A DNA stretch of 63,981 nt, the filler included, from Octopus bimaculoides (taxonomy: Eukaryota), in NCBI RefSeq assembly GCF_001194135.2. It is 7 parts of 5 records of this genome, joined end to end, with 100 filler letters (N's around TTAATTAATTAA, not from the genome) between each part and the next. Parts side by side here need not be neighbours in the genome. Positions count along the whole stretch, not along the records: positions 47,212 to 49,903 come from NC_069003.1; positions 50,004 to 57,859 come from NC_068981.1; positions 57,960 to 62,448 come from NW_026425481.1; 4 more parts are not named here. One strand, written 5' to 3'. Shown piece by piece: positions 49,576 through 62,233 of the stretch. The notes beneath the pieces were generated by a model that ran no database searches, was not told the origin of the DNA, and worked only from the letters and a program-made list of their open reading frames with translations. The position numbers were made by a program, and so were the translations under genes. Position 1 is the stretch's first letter; each line of letters starts with the position of its first letter.

Positions 49576-51082
49576 AAAACAACCGGATCTATTTCAAAAC
49601 GGGGGCACCAGTATTTTCTTAACGAAACACTTTGAAACTTGGGACACTGGTAGAATGTGTCATATAAAACATCTTTTACTCTTAGTCTTAACAAAAAAAC
49701 GTACATCGCAAGTTATTCCATGTTAAAGTTGTCGTATTTCTGTAATTTCAACCAATCACTGACGTCTGTTCAGCTGAATAGAGTTACTGCTGGGCGGTCA
49801 TAAAAATGTTATTCCCTGTGACATATTTCATCCGGTTTAATCGTAATTTATACGCATATATTGTTTATATAATAAATTACGCTGTGCGTATCTATGTGTG
49901 TAANNNNNNNNNNNNNNNNNNNNNNNNNNNNNNNNNNNNNNNNNNNNTTAATTAATTAANNNNNNNNNNNNNNNNNNNNNNNNNNNNNNNNNNNNNNNNN
50001 NNNTATATATATATATATTGGGAAAACAAATTTCCAAATCAATCAGGTGTAACCGTACAGCGTTATATGCATCTACTTATCGTACTTTGGGGTCTTATTT
50101 ATCGTATATTTATACATTTATCTATAAATATACAAAGTATCTGATAAAAGTCAATATTCAATTTTTGGGGATTAATCGATATGCGGGAATTTTATTTTAG
50201 ATAATACAAAAATAACATAATGAGTATATCTGATAGTAAACTCATGGTATCAGATTGTACATCACGAAATAATACTTAAAGGACATAATCAAAATTACCA
50301 GCTGTGTATATTATATACTTCATATTATATACTTCGTCTGTCAGACGAAGGCCTTGATGAATACCACAAGGTATGAAAATAGGTGATCGCCTTTATATAT
50401 TTAATTCTTTATATTGAACACTCAATATTTCATATTTCATATATTGAATAAGACATTCAATACTTCATTTCATTGTACCATCTATTTTTATATTTTTATA
50501 TTACATATTATATATTCCATATTCTATATCCCACACTAATTTTACAAGAATATAAATAAAACATAAAAAACAGACAGAGTTGGAACTCTTTTAAATAAAA
50601 TAATATATTTCTCTATACACGATCATACAAAACCCTTTTTTTGTATTTATTTTTACTCATATATATATATAAAAGCTAAAGTTACACTTCAAATTCAAAT
50701 TTAAAATTTAAACTTTACGTGCTGCGTATGTCCCTAATAGTATGCAGACAAACCACGCTCACTGCCTATGGTTACCTGGCGTCATCCACGCTAATTGCAA
50801 AATCGTCGCTGGATCTACATTAGGGATTCCTCAGTGTATGCTAAGTATAACAAAAACAATGGAAACAGAAGTTAGAGTACACTGGTAACTTTATTTGTCA
50901 CAATGATCGTTTCTACAGGTCCTGGATCACTCCCTTGCGTGTGAGAAACTATGCAACAAATTACGGTGCATCCCACGGTGTAGAAGCATAAGGTAATGTA
51001 ATACAGTTTTTCGTTACATAAGTTTCGCTCTTACGATCAACTAGAGCATGCTGATGGCAGTCGTAGCTACATGCAAATGTAT

Positions 51083-51805
51083 CTTCTTGTTGGCTTGGTT
51101 TGGCTTTGCGAGCGAAGGTTTACAGAGTGGGATGTTAAATTTTTTGCAACATTGCTGATGCCAAAGAGTTCGATTTAGGACGAACAGGCACTGGAAGGTG
51201 AGTTAATCAGGACTTGTAGTAGTGTCCTTGTTTTTTTTCCTCGCTTTTCTCTTGTCTTCAAAAACGGTGCTGCGGTTGTATTCAAAGAAGGCTGTTGTCC
51301 GGTGGACTGTGAAACGCCAGGCATCACGGTCTGCGACAAGAACAGACCGCTAGTTGTGCTCAATGTGACATTGTACCGAGGGGTTTCTTTAACGAGTCAT
51401 TGTACCTTTTCTTTGATGCTGCTCTATCACGGTGACAAGAGGAGAGTTCCACATACAGCGTGATCTTGGGAAATCTATGAATCTCGAACTTGGTGACGTG
51501 TCCTGACCAACGTAGCTGTCTTCAGTCAAGTTGCTTCAGTGCTGGTGAACTCCTCCTGCTCTTGGACCTCAACGTTAGTGACAAAGTAAGTCCACTGGAT
51601 GCGAAGGTAGTTAGTGACAAAGTGACTCCACTGATGCGAAGGCAGCGCAAATGAAATCGCTCAAGAAGTCGTAGGTGGTACCGATAGATGACCCTCGACT
51701 CTGAGCCGTATATGAGGGTGGTTAGCAAGATGGCTCTTGGTTTTTTTCTTCAGATGGTTATTGTTCCAGACTCTTTTATACAGGCTGCTGAATGTTGCCT
51801 TGGCC
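51083..51805 (-). mobile_element. RTE-BovB-like LINE 3' fragment
   Basis: TLIYGSESRVIYRYHLRLLERFHLRCLR, GHV, KRYNDSLKK, DRDAWR, then a zinc-finger remnant; internal ~36-bp tandem duplication at about 51575-51645. Confidence 0.85.
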
Positions 51806-51815
51806 TGTCTGTTAC

Positions 51816-51870
<55 letters not shown>

Positions 51871-51894
51871 CACACACACACACACACACACATT

Positions 51895-52110
51895 GATTTC
51901 ATATTTTGGCACAAGGCCAGCAAATTTGGGAGGAGGGGATAAGTCGATTACATCGACCCCAGTACTCAACTGGTACTTATTTTATCGACGCCGAAAGGTT
52001 GAAACGCAAAGTCGGGCACGGCAAAATTTGAACTCAAAACGTAAAAACGGACGAAATGCCTCTAAGTATTTTCCTCGGCGTCCTAACGATTCTACCAGCT
52101 TGTCGCCTTA
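51895..52110 (-). mobile_element. SINE family A, full length (tail variant CCAAAATATGAAA)
   Basis: All family A blocks present. Confidence 0.87.
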
Positions 52111-53229
52111 AACACACACCACATAATTTCTTCTCGCCGTACATAATTTAGATAAATATGATGTACTGCTTGACGAGCAATACATGTTTTATATTCTCAA
52201 TGATTCGAAATTTATCTTTTAGTTGAGGAGTACTGCTACTGTTTATATCTCGCTCAGAGATTTAATATAACACTCTCTCTCTTCTCCCCCTCTCTTTCTC
52301 TTTCTCTCTCTCTCTATATGTATGTATGTATAAGGAAAAGAAACTGAAAATGCAGGAGTTTTTTAAAGGTATTTATTAACTTAATCGGTTTCACTTATTT
52401 AAAAAGATTTTCAAAAGTAAAATGTGAGGTTTTGTGTATCCTCTGTGATGAGTAAAAAAATAGTTTACATGAATATATCCCGATCAAGTAATAGAGTCTT
52501 TGACAAGAAAATAAAATATGTAACAGACCATTTAAAGTTCTCGGATCTTGCTTCTCAGGGTCTTGCATTTGGTTGGAGTCTGGGAGTTTTATATATATAT
52601 ATATGCTTGTATGTGTATATGTGCATATGTATCTAAAACTAGAGGCGATCGTTACTAACTACAAGAAAAGAACATTTCAAAATATTAAAATTCACTTCTA
52701 AGTCACAGCCACTCACGAGTAAAAGTCAGGCTATCCACTAGTATCCGAAGGCCACCGTTGGGCTTTTGCTAGCTACAATTTAAGTCCTCTAAGTTCTTAC
52801 ATATCCTCTGGTGGGCCTGAACAAGTGTGTGTTTGTGTGAGTGTGTGCGCGTATGAACACGTATATGTTCATGTGTACACATGTGAATCTATGCATGTAT
52901 ATAAATATGTGTATATGTCATTTCTTGATCTGTTTTGTATTTTATAAATATGACAATGGATGCGTGGTGAGAAATCATAGCCGCGGACGAGCAAGGATGA
53001 AAATAAATCAGAACAATCAGGCTGAATGTAAGACGACTATCATCAGACAATGTACACAACATTGTTTGCATGTAAGTGTATTTATTTGTATGCGTGTGTG
53101 TGTGAGAGAGAGAGAGAGAGAGATAGAGAGTGTGTGTGTGTATGTGAGCATGGGTGAGTGTATATACATATATGTGTGTGTGTGTGTGTAAGTGTGCATG
53201 TGTGTGTGAGGGGGCGTGTGTGAATGTTA

Positions 53230-53281
<52 letters not shown>

Positions 53282-53759
53282 AAACACGTTAGATGGATTT
53301 ATCTGTTCTTGGGAAGTATATCTAACCTATCATCCAATTTACCCGACCGTTTGCCAAATGAATGTCTTTTAGCAGCATCCAAGGACCAGGTTCCAAGTTA
53401 TTGAGCCAAGTCTCCGATTTAAGGACAATCCAAGATGCATGGTTTCATTCTTCTTTACACGACGTGTCTCGGATGCCCTTAGAAAGGATCACCTTTCCAG
53501 CTCTGGCTAAGCCATATAAAATATAAAACAGCAATAAATGACGTCGGGGAGTATTGGAAAGCAATAATACTTAGAGGAGGAACTGATTCATGCATCGGCT
53601 GTTTCACGCAGCAGATGTATTTGTTACAGTTGTGATATCAAACATGCTTTCTATGTATATATGCAGAAATACACACAAATACACACACACAAGACGGACT
53701 TCTTTCAGTTAACCCTTTACCAAGTCCACTCACACGGCTTTGGTGGACTGAAGTAAGCA

Positions 53760-54390
53760 ACATGCAGTTTAATGCTGGAAAATTTGAAGCACTGCATTAT
53801 CAACTCATGAATGTACTGAAACCTGCATATATAGTACCCGAAGCTACTGCAATCCCAGAATCACAGGCTGTGGAAGAATTAGGGAGCAGTATGTGTAATG
53901 ATGCAGCAAATTGCAGACAACTGGCAGGATGAATACTAAGGTCCTTCAAAAAAAATTACCCAAAAGTTTGTTCTCAACCGCCTGGACTATTCAGTTATGG
54001 TCACCACATAGTGCCAAGGATCGAAGTGGTCCAACACCACTACACTAAAAAGATCGAAACAGTGCAGCAGATGAGCTACAGAGAGAAGATGAAAAAAACT
54101 GCAGTTTTACTTCTTGGAGCAAAGGCACAACAGATACGTAATAATCTACATATGGGAAGCTCTAGAAGGACTAGTACCCAATTTCGGCATTGAATCTTAT
54201 ACAAATGTCAGAACTGAACGCCATTGTATTGTACCAAATGTACCATCCACTCCATCTAAATTTAGGACCAGGTACTACAATAACCTAGGGTTCAAATACC
54301 CACAGCTCTTCAATGACCTGTCACAAAAGTTAAGAAACCTACATGCGGTAGATGTAGATGTCTTCAAACATGAACTCGACGTGACGATCT
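53760..54390 (+). mobile_element. CR1-group LINE 3' fragment
   Basis: MQFNAGKFEALHY, IEVVQHHYTKKI, YREKMKK, YVIIYIWEALEGLVPN, PQLFNDL and VDVFKHELD. Confidence 0.8.
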
Positions 54391-54391
54391 G

Positions 54392-54590
54392 GCAGAAACG
54401 ATAGCATGCTGGGCAAAATATTTAACGGTATTTCGTCTGTCTATACGTTCTGAGTTCAAATTCCGCCGAAGTCGACTTTGCCTTTCATCGTTTCGGGGTC
54501 GATAAATTAAGTACTAGTTGCGTACTGGGGTCGATCTAATCGACTGGTCCCCTTCCCCAAAATTTCGGGCCTTGTGCCTAGAGAAGAAAA
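54392..54590 (+). mobile_element. SINE family A
   Basis: TGGCAGAAACGATAGC...GAGTTCAAATTCCGCCGAAGTCGAC. Confidence 0.87.
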
Positions 54591-54815
54591 AAAACAATGG
54601 ACTAGACATTTTCCTCTCCACAATACCGGATGCACCAACGGCATGATATGAGGAACAGACGAGGGCAGCGGAAACAAACTCCCTCATACACATCTGGGAC
54701 AAAGGCAAATACAGGAGTGGTGATGTAAAAACCCCAGCCCGAGGAAATCATAAAAACTACGGTGGTGCTCCAGCGTGACCGCAGCTGCATGGCTGAAACG
54801 AATAAAAGAATAAGA

Positions 54816-54895
<80 letters not shown>

Positions 54896-54917
54896 GCAAA
54901 CTAGATTGATATACGCA

Positions 54918-55290
54918 CGACTTGGTTCTCCGTCGGTTACGACGACGACTGTTCTAGTTTATTTGATCAACATAACAACCTGCTCGTGAAATTAACATAC
55001 AAATGTTACCTAACGTTAAGGTTACACACTCCACAGACATGGGAACCGTTAACGTGGTTATTCACAGACACATATACTCTTAACGTAGTTCTCAGGGTGA
55101 TTCAACGTGACACTGAATGTGACAAGACTGGCCCTTTGAATTACAGGTACAACTCATTTTGCTAGCTGAGTGGACTGCAGCAATGTGAAATAAAGTGTCT
55201 TGCTCTAGGACGCCACGCGCACCCGGGAATCGAACTCATGTGTTTACGATCGTGAGCCGATTATCCTTACCACTGAGCCACGCAACTTCA
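54918..55290 (-). mobile_element. SINE family C2
   Basis: A-box TGGCTCAGTGG, B-box GAGTTCGATTCC, central TCCTAGAGCAAGACACT; 3' domain shared with C1. Confidence 0.8.
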
Positions 55291-55767
55291 TCTTACACAT
55301 ATAAATATATACAAGCTTGATACATATCTACACGGATATGCAGACATACATACAGATGTATGTGCACGTTTATATATATATATATATNNNNNNNNNNNNN
55401 NNNNNNNNNNNNNNNNNNNNNNNNNNNNNNNNNNNNNNNNNNNNNNNNNNNNNNNNNNNNNNNNNNNNNNNNNNNNNNNNNNNNNNNNNNNNNNNNNNNN
55501 NNNNNNNNNNNNNNNNNNNNNNNNNNNNNNNNNNNNNNNNNNNNNNNNNNNNNNNNNNNNNNNNNNNNNNNNNNNNNNNNNNNNNNNNNNNNNNNNNNNN
55601 NNNNNNNNNNNNNNNNNNNNNNNNNNNNNNNNNNNNNNNNNNNNNNNNNNNNNNNNNNNNNNNNNNNNNNNNNNNNNNNNNNNNNNNNNNNNNNNNNNNN
55701 NNNNNNNNNNNNNNNNNNNNNNNNNNNNNNNNNNNNNNNNNNNNNNNNNNNNNNNNNNNNNNNNNNN

Positions 55768-55804
<37 letters not shown>

Positions 55805-56269
55805 AAACGTTGATGCAAGCATACGCTCCTACTCGCGCGCGCGCATATACACACTCACACAAACATATATGTATAATACATAAATGTATACATACATTGA
55901 TACCTCATACACTGCATTATCTCCGTTACGTGCGTTACATAGATAAATACATACATTGCACACCATACACATATTACATATATTACATTACACAAATTTC
56001 ATTACATACATTACGTACATACGCTGCATTCACATACTACTCAGTTGCCGCACACGCACATACATACACATACATGCGTACGCTCATCAACATAGAAATA
56101 CATACACACATACACACATACACGCACACACGCACACACACACATAATATACACACGCATAGGTAACGATACGCTATACATAGACATGTGATGTAGGTAA
56201 AAGATTGAATTACAAGCCAATTTGTGAATCAGTGGAATGCACAGTGAATTAATTTTCGCCATGTTTACA

Positions 56270-56463
56270 CACCTTGTATCATCATCGTCATCGTCATCAT
56301 CATCATCAGCAGCAGCAGCAGCAGCATCATCGTCATCATCATTCCAGTCATCATCATAATCATCATCATCGCAGTCATTATCATCATCATCGTATCACTC
56401 ATCATCAACATCATTGTCGTTGTCGTCGTCGCCATCATCGTCATCATCACCGTCGTTGTCGTT

Positions 56464-56512
<49 letters not shown>

Positions 56513-56703
56513 CCATCACCATCATCATCATCATCTCACTCATAATCCTCATCATTGTAGTCGTCGTCGTCCTCGCCACTATCATCATCAGCACCACCAT
56601 CATCATCAACACCATCATCATCAACACCATCATCATCAACACCATCATCATCATCACCATCATCATCAACACCATCATCATCAACACCATCATCATCAAC
56701 ACC

Positions 56704-56748
<45 letters not shown>

Positions 56749-56788
56749 GTTCGTCCTCGTCGTCGTCATCGTGATTATGATGATGAGG

Positions 56789-56821
<33 letters not shown>

Positions 56822-57111
56822 GATCGTCGTCGTCGTCGTCGTCCTCATTCTAGTCGTCATGATGATGATGATGATGAGGATCATCATCATCATCGTCATC
56901 ATCGTCATCATTGGCGTTATCACTACTATAATCAACCTTATGACCATTAACATCGTCATAAAGTCATAGTATTATTGTTACAGTCATTGTTGTCGTAGTT
57001 GTTGTTGTTTTACTTCTTTATTTTCTTCCCTCCCATTGCTAGCTACCACCACAACCACTACCACAGTTACGAACACCACTACTACCACCATTACCACCAC
57101 CATCACCACCA

Positions 57112-57173
<62 letters not shown>

Positions 57174-57175
57174 GA
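56270..57175. repeat. (CAT/CGT/CAC/TAC)n low-complexity tract
   Basis: Directly visible. Confidence 0.95.
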
Positions 57176-57813
57176 GCTAAAGAACAAAATATACACTTTT
57201 ATATATATACATATAGATGTAACCACATATACTTTTCTTGGACATTTTTTCTCTCCGGATCTTTCCTCTCTCCTGTCTCTGATGAAGAGCCATGCCTGAA
57301 ACGTTATACACCCGGTCTTTTTTTTTTTTTTTTGCACATCTTATACTCAGCGTCAACTTCATACATTCCATGTGTACGACCTTCTGACTTCGGTTTCTTT
57401 GTTATTTTTAATTTTCGATTTGCCTATATGTGTATATCTCTTCGCTCCTACTCGCCTTCTTCCTTCATTGATACCCCTCCATCCTCACCACATCACACTA
57501 CCCCACACCACTCCGTTAGAACTGATCACTTACCACACTAGTACTAGCCACTTCCCAGTACCCACACCATCATTCACACGCCCACACATTACAGACGCAC
57601 ACCCTTACAGACACACACATCCACACGTCAAAGTCACCAGCCCCGATCCACACACACACACTTACACACTCTCACATATACACAAGCACGCGTACCTTCG
57701 TTTTCGGATCACCAGTACTTTATTATCTTCCCTTCTTCCTAGCTCTCCTGTCCAACTACCTGTTTCTAACCAGTCGCCATGATTCATCACTAAATCCACA
57801 AGTTTTTTGTTAT

Positions 57814-57859
<46 letters not shown>

Positions 57860-58295
57860 NNNNNNNNNNNNNNNNNNNNNNNNNNNNNNNNNNNNNNNNN
57901 NNNTTAATTAATTAANNNNNNNNNNNNNNNNNNNNNNNNNNNNNNNNNNNNNNNNNNNNTTTTCTCCTCTTAATGAGGAATATAGTTCAAATAATAAGCC
58001 TACAACGGCTGAAGTTCGATTTCCCCCACAGCACAGAACACATTAAAGACGGGAAACCTATATTGTGTTACTTCCTCTTAAGGAGGATACCAGTTCAAAA
58101 ACAAATAACAATTCAGATCCCATCCCCGCTGGGGGGGGGGGCAACGATAAGCCTACAACGGCTTTAAAATGTTCAATTTTTAGCACACAATGATGCCAAA
58201 ATGGCTTTACACAGACAATTACTTTCTCCCGTCACCGGGGAAAGGCACAAACAATGTCAACAGTTCAACAATTTAACAATTTTCGACAATTCGAA

Positions 58296-58870
58296 AATGT
58301 GGACAAAATGGTGAAACCGTATGGCATATTACCAGTGAATGTACGCCACCAGCTCAGCGGGAATATAAGAGACGTCATGGCAATATAGCAAGGATTGTCC
58401 ATTGGACACTTTGCAACAAGTAAGGACTTGAGAGAGCAAAAAAGTGGAACGAACATAAACCCGAGAGCATCGTCGAAAATGATAATGCAAAGATCCTATG
58501 GGATTTTATGATTCAGTGCGACCATGAGACAGAGAATTGGAGACCAGACAAGGTATGCAACAAGGAAGAAAGAAAAGTCGATTGATATGACAGGTTAGCT
58601 TGGGAGGTTAAGCTGTTGTGGTAGCTGAAAAAGGTGGTAGTAGAACCAATAATTGTCGGAGCCCTGGGAACAGTGAGTAAAAATCTTGATAAGTACATGG
58701 AACAAGTAGGGGCTGCAATAATGGTGGAGCACTTGCAGGAAACAGCACTGTTTGGAACAGGTCGAATACTCCCGAAGGTGCTCGAAAAATAAGATGTGTT
58801 ACCTTAGTTCACTGGTAGTGAACAGCTGGAACCGTAGTACATCTCCAGCGTTAGAAGCTGCGAAAAGACA
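58296..58870 (+). mobile_element. Second copy of R4/Dong-like family 1 (internal deletion)
   Basis: High identity to 12535-13143 (GGACAAAATGGTGAAACCGTATGGCATATT...CATCTCCAGCGTTAGAAGCTG); ends in (TAA)n. Confidence 0.9.
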
Positions 58871-58909
58871 ATAAATAATAATGATAATAATAATAATAAT
58901 AATGATAAT

Positions 58910-59124
58910 GGTTTCAAATTTTGCCACAAGAGCAGCTTTTTGGGCGGGGAAGGAATTAGTCGATTACATCGACCTCAGTGTTCAACTGGTACTTATTTTA
59001 TCGATCCCGAAAGGATGAACGGTAAAGTCGACCTCGGCGGAATTTGAACACAGAACGTAGCGACACACGAAATACTGCCAAGCATTTCGCCCAGCGTGCC
59101 AACGACTCTGCCAGCTCGCCGCCT
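58910..59124 (-). mobile_element. SINE family A, full length, embedded in TAA arrays
   Basis: All blocks present; TAA tracts at 58871-58909 and 59125-59226. Confidence 0.9.
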
Positions 59125-59167
59125 AAATAATAATAATAATGATGATAGTATTATTATTATTATTATT

Positions 59168-59228
<61 letters not shown>

Positions 59229-60058
59229 GGTGAGACTTGGAGTCAACTTGTACAAATGCAAAGCAAGTCAAACATAANNNNNNNNNNNNNNNNNNNNNNN
59301 NNNNNNNNNNNNNNNNNNNNNNNNNNNNNNNNNNNNNNNNNNNNNNNNNNNNNNNNNNNNNNNNNNNNNNNNNNNNNNNNNNNNNNNNNNNNNNNNNNNN
59401 NNNNNNNNNNNNNNNNNNNNNNNNNNNNNNNNNNNNNNNNNNNNNNNNNNNNNNNNNNNNNNNNNNNNNNNNNNNNNNNNNNNNNNNNNNNNNNNNNNNN
59501 NNNNNNNNNNNNNNNNNNNNNNNNNNNNNNNNNNNNNNNNNNNNNNNNNNNNNNNNNNNNNNNNNNNNNNNNNNNNNNNNNNNNNNNNNNNNNNNNNNNN
59601 NNNNNNNNNNNNNNNNNNNNNNNNNNNNNNNNNNNNNNNNNNNNNNNNNNNNNNNNNNNNNNNNNNNNNNNNNNNNNNNNNNNNNNNNNNNNNNNNNNNN
59701 NNNNNNNNNNNNNNNNNNNNNNNNNNNNNNNNNNNNNNNNNNNNNNNNNNNNNNNNNNNNNNNNNNNNNNNNNNNNNNNNNNNNNNNNNNNNNNNNNNNN
59801 NNNNNNNNNNNNNNNNNNNNNNNNNNNNNNNNNNNNNNNNNNNNNNNNNNNNNNNNNNNNNNNNNNNNNNNNNNNNNNNNNNNNNNNNNNNNNNNNNNNN
59901 NNNNNNNNNNNNNNNNNNNNNNNNNNNNNNNNNNNNNNNNNNNNNNNNNNNNNNNNNNNNNNNNNNNNNNNNNNNNNNNNNNNNNNNNNNNNNNNNNNNN
60001 NNNNNNNAAATATTGATGTTTCTAAGTCTCTCTAAAGGAGACTACGGCAGCGGTACTG

Positions 60059-60320
60059 GATATTAATAGTTATCGTCAAGCCAACATGGCAGTCCCCAAA
60101 AAAGGACGAATGCTGCCGTTGGTTAGCTCCAAGAGGCCATCGCCTCTAGCTAGCTATGTGACACACGAACCTGTGTCCATTATAACCTTCGAACAGGGGA
60201 GGTCAGCCGCTTCCCCTTGTTGGTCTGGCATCTACAGACTAGTTTCGGGATATTAATAGTTATCGCCAAGCCAACATGGCAGTCCAAAAAATAGGACGAA
60301 TGCTGCCATTGATTAGCTCC
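60059..60320. repeat. ~72-bp direct repeats, 190-bp period
   Basis: GATATTAATAGTTATCG.CAAGCCAACATGGCAGTCC...GGACGAATGCTGCC.TTG.TTAGCTCC twice. Confidence 0.85.
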
Positions 60321-60718
60321 TTCGGTGAGTGTCTTCTACTGTAGGCTCGGACCGACCAAAGCCTTGTGAGTGAATTTGGTTGACGGGAATCAAAAAAAGC
60401 CCGTCGTATATATATATATATATATGTGTGCGTGTGTGTGTGTGTATTGATGCATGTGTGTATGTATTGATGCATGTGTGTATGTATTGATGCATGTGTG
60501 TCTGTGTGTCTGTGTTTGACACCACCATCACGGCTTGACAATCGGTGTTGGTGTGTTTACGTCCGCGTAAATTAGCGGTTCGGCAAAATAGACCGATAGA
60601 ATAAATATCAGGCTTAAAAATAAGTCCCGGGGTGGATTAGTTCGACTAAAACCCTTCAAGTCGGCGCTCCAGCATAGCTGCAGTCACCTGACTGAAACAA
60701 GTAAAAGAATAAAAGAAT
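60321..60718 (+). mobile_element. SINE family B, head missing
   Basis: GTGTCTTCTACTGTAGGCTCGG...CTGAAACAAGTAAAAGAATAAAAGAAT. Confidence 0.8.
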
Positions 60719-61361
60719 CGAGCAAAAAATATTTGCATTCCCATCAGCAGCTGCCAAACGGATATCATCATGGTTTTGACACCTGAGATGTACCCTTCAA
60801 TTCGGCGGTGTCCACAGTGTTAAAATTATAAATGCTGCCCGGGAATTCACCAGCTTATTACTACAAATAACAAAAGAGCAAACAAATAGCGGTAAGTTAT
60901 AGCTACAAACTAGTATCTATAACAAAGAACTTATTTCAAAAACGACATTCAAACTGTACAACAAGCATAAACTACTAAATACTTTGCTTCTCAATCAACA
61001 TCGCATCATGAATATGATATCACACTTAATAACGACGAGTGGAATAGTACATCTTGTAAACAACGTCCTTGAACCACGCGTGAGAGAAAGAAAAGAAGAG
61101 AAAGAGAGAGAAAGACAGACATCCAGACAGAGAGACGGAGGAAAGTGGAAAATAGAAATGAAATGATTAACTTGGCAATGGGCGTTATACCAGGATATGC
61201 TACAGGAGTCAGTAGGACGGACAGAGAGGCAAGCAGACAGGCAAACAGGCAATGAGGCATTCATGTTGTCAATCAGTCAGACATTCAGATAGACAGACGG
61301 ACAGACAGACATACGTGCGCGTATATATATATATAAACTGCTAAATTTCTTTAATTAGTAC

Positions 61362-62233
61362 ATTTGAACTAAATCTGGTCCTGGGCCCTTCCAATTCGGC
61401 ATTTTACTCATTACTCATTAATGCACTAGTTAGTCTTAGATCTGGTTACTTCTCACTCACTGCTTCTTTCCTCACTTACTTTAACCATACTGCATCTCCA
61501 TTATAATTGACTGGTTTATCCCAAATATTACTGCAGAACTTTCTAGTTTCTACATTCGTTCTCCACTATTTATTTGGTGATAAAATCTCCTCCGGTCTAT
61601 CTCAAATAATCTATTCTGTTGATACTGATCTATTCTTTTTTGATATCTGGAAAGCTTACCTGCTACTGCTATGATACGCTGTTTCAACTTCTCCATGACT
61701 ATCCCAAATCGTTTCTCTTTGACTAAGTATCTTTTCTCAAAAGAAGATTTAAATCTTGTGTTTTCTTGGACAGTTTCCAGTCTTCTATTCAGTCTTCATT
61801 TTATTCTGTAATCTCCTTTTCCGCATTTGCTCTTTTCTAATCTTTCTTTGAGGAATACCTAATCTTCTAGTAACTACTACCTCTCCTGCATAGTGTGACC
61901 TATATTTTTAGCATCTGTCCTACTGATAACAGTCATGTCTAACAGCTTCTTTCTGTTAGTACCTTTTAATGCTAGAAATCATTTTCTTTCTTCTTTACTC
62001 ATTGCGTCCTGCAACTCATCTAAAATCTTCTGATCTTCCTCGCTTAAGTCGCTGGTGTCAGTTGTCCCTTTTTGATCGGTAGTGTTATTATCATTCTTAC
62101 TTTTAAGTTCTTTGGTTTGAACTGCATCTTCTATGTTGCTGTTTGGCTTTTCTACTGCCTGGTCATTTTTTTCTAGTTCTCTTGTAATTTCTTTCACCTC
62201 TAGTGCTGTCATCCACTTTCTTCTCCTAATAGC
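61362..62233 (-). mobile_element. R4/Dong-like ORF region N-terminal to RT, decayed
   Basis: IRRRKWMTALEVKEI...EKLKQRIIAVAGKLSRYQKRIDQYQQNRLF...RRFY...SNIWDKP...MPNWKGPGPD; (TAA)n immediately upstream on its strand. Confidence 0.8.

Noticed and set aside
52448-52500. GTGATGA as the C box of a C/D snoRNA
   Set aside because: No D box (CTGA) or terminal stem at a suitable distance.
56265-56959. Poly-His, poly-Met and poly-Asp ORFs suggesting a metal-binding protein
   Set aside because: Open in several frames on both strands because of (CAT)n, with no unique domain or splice context.
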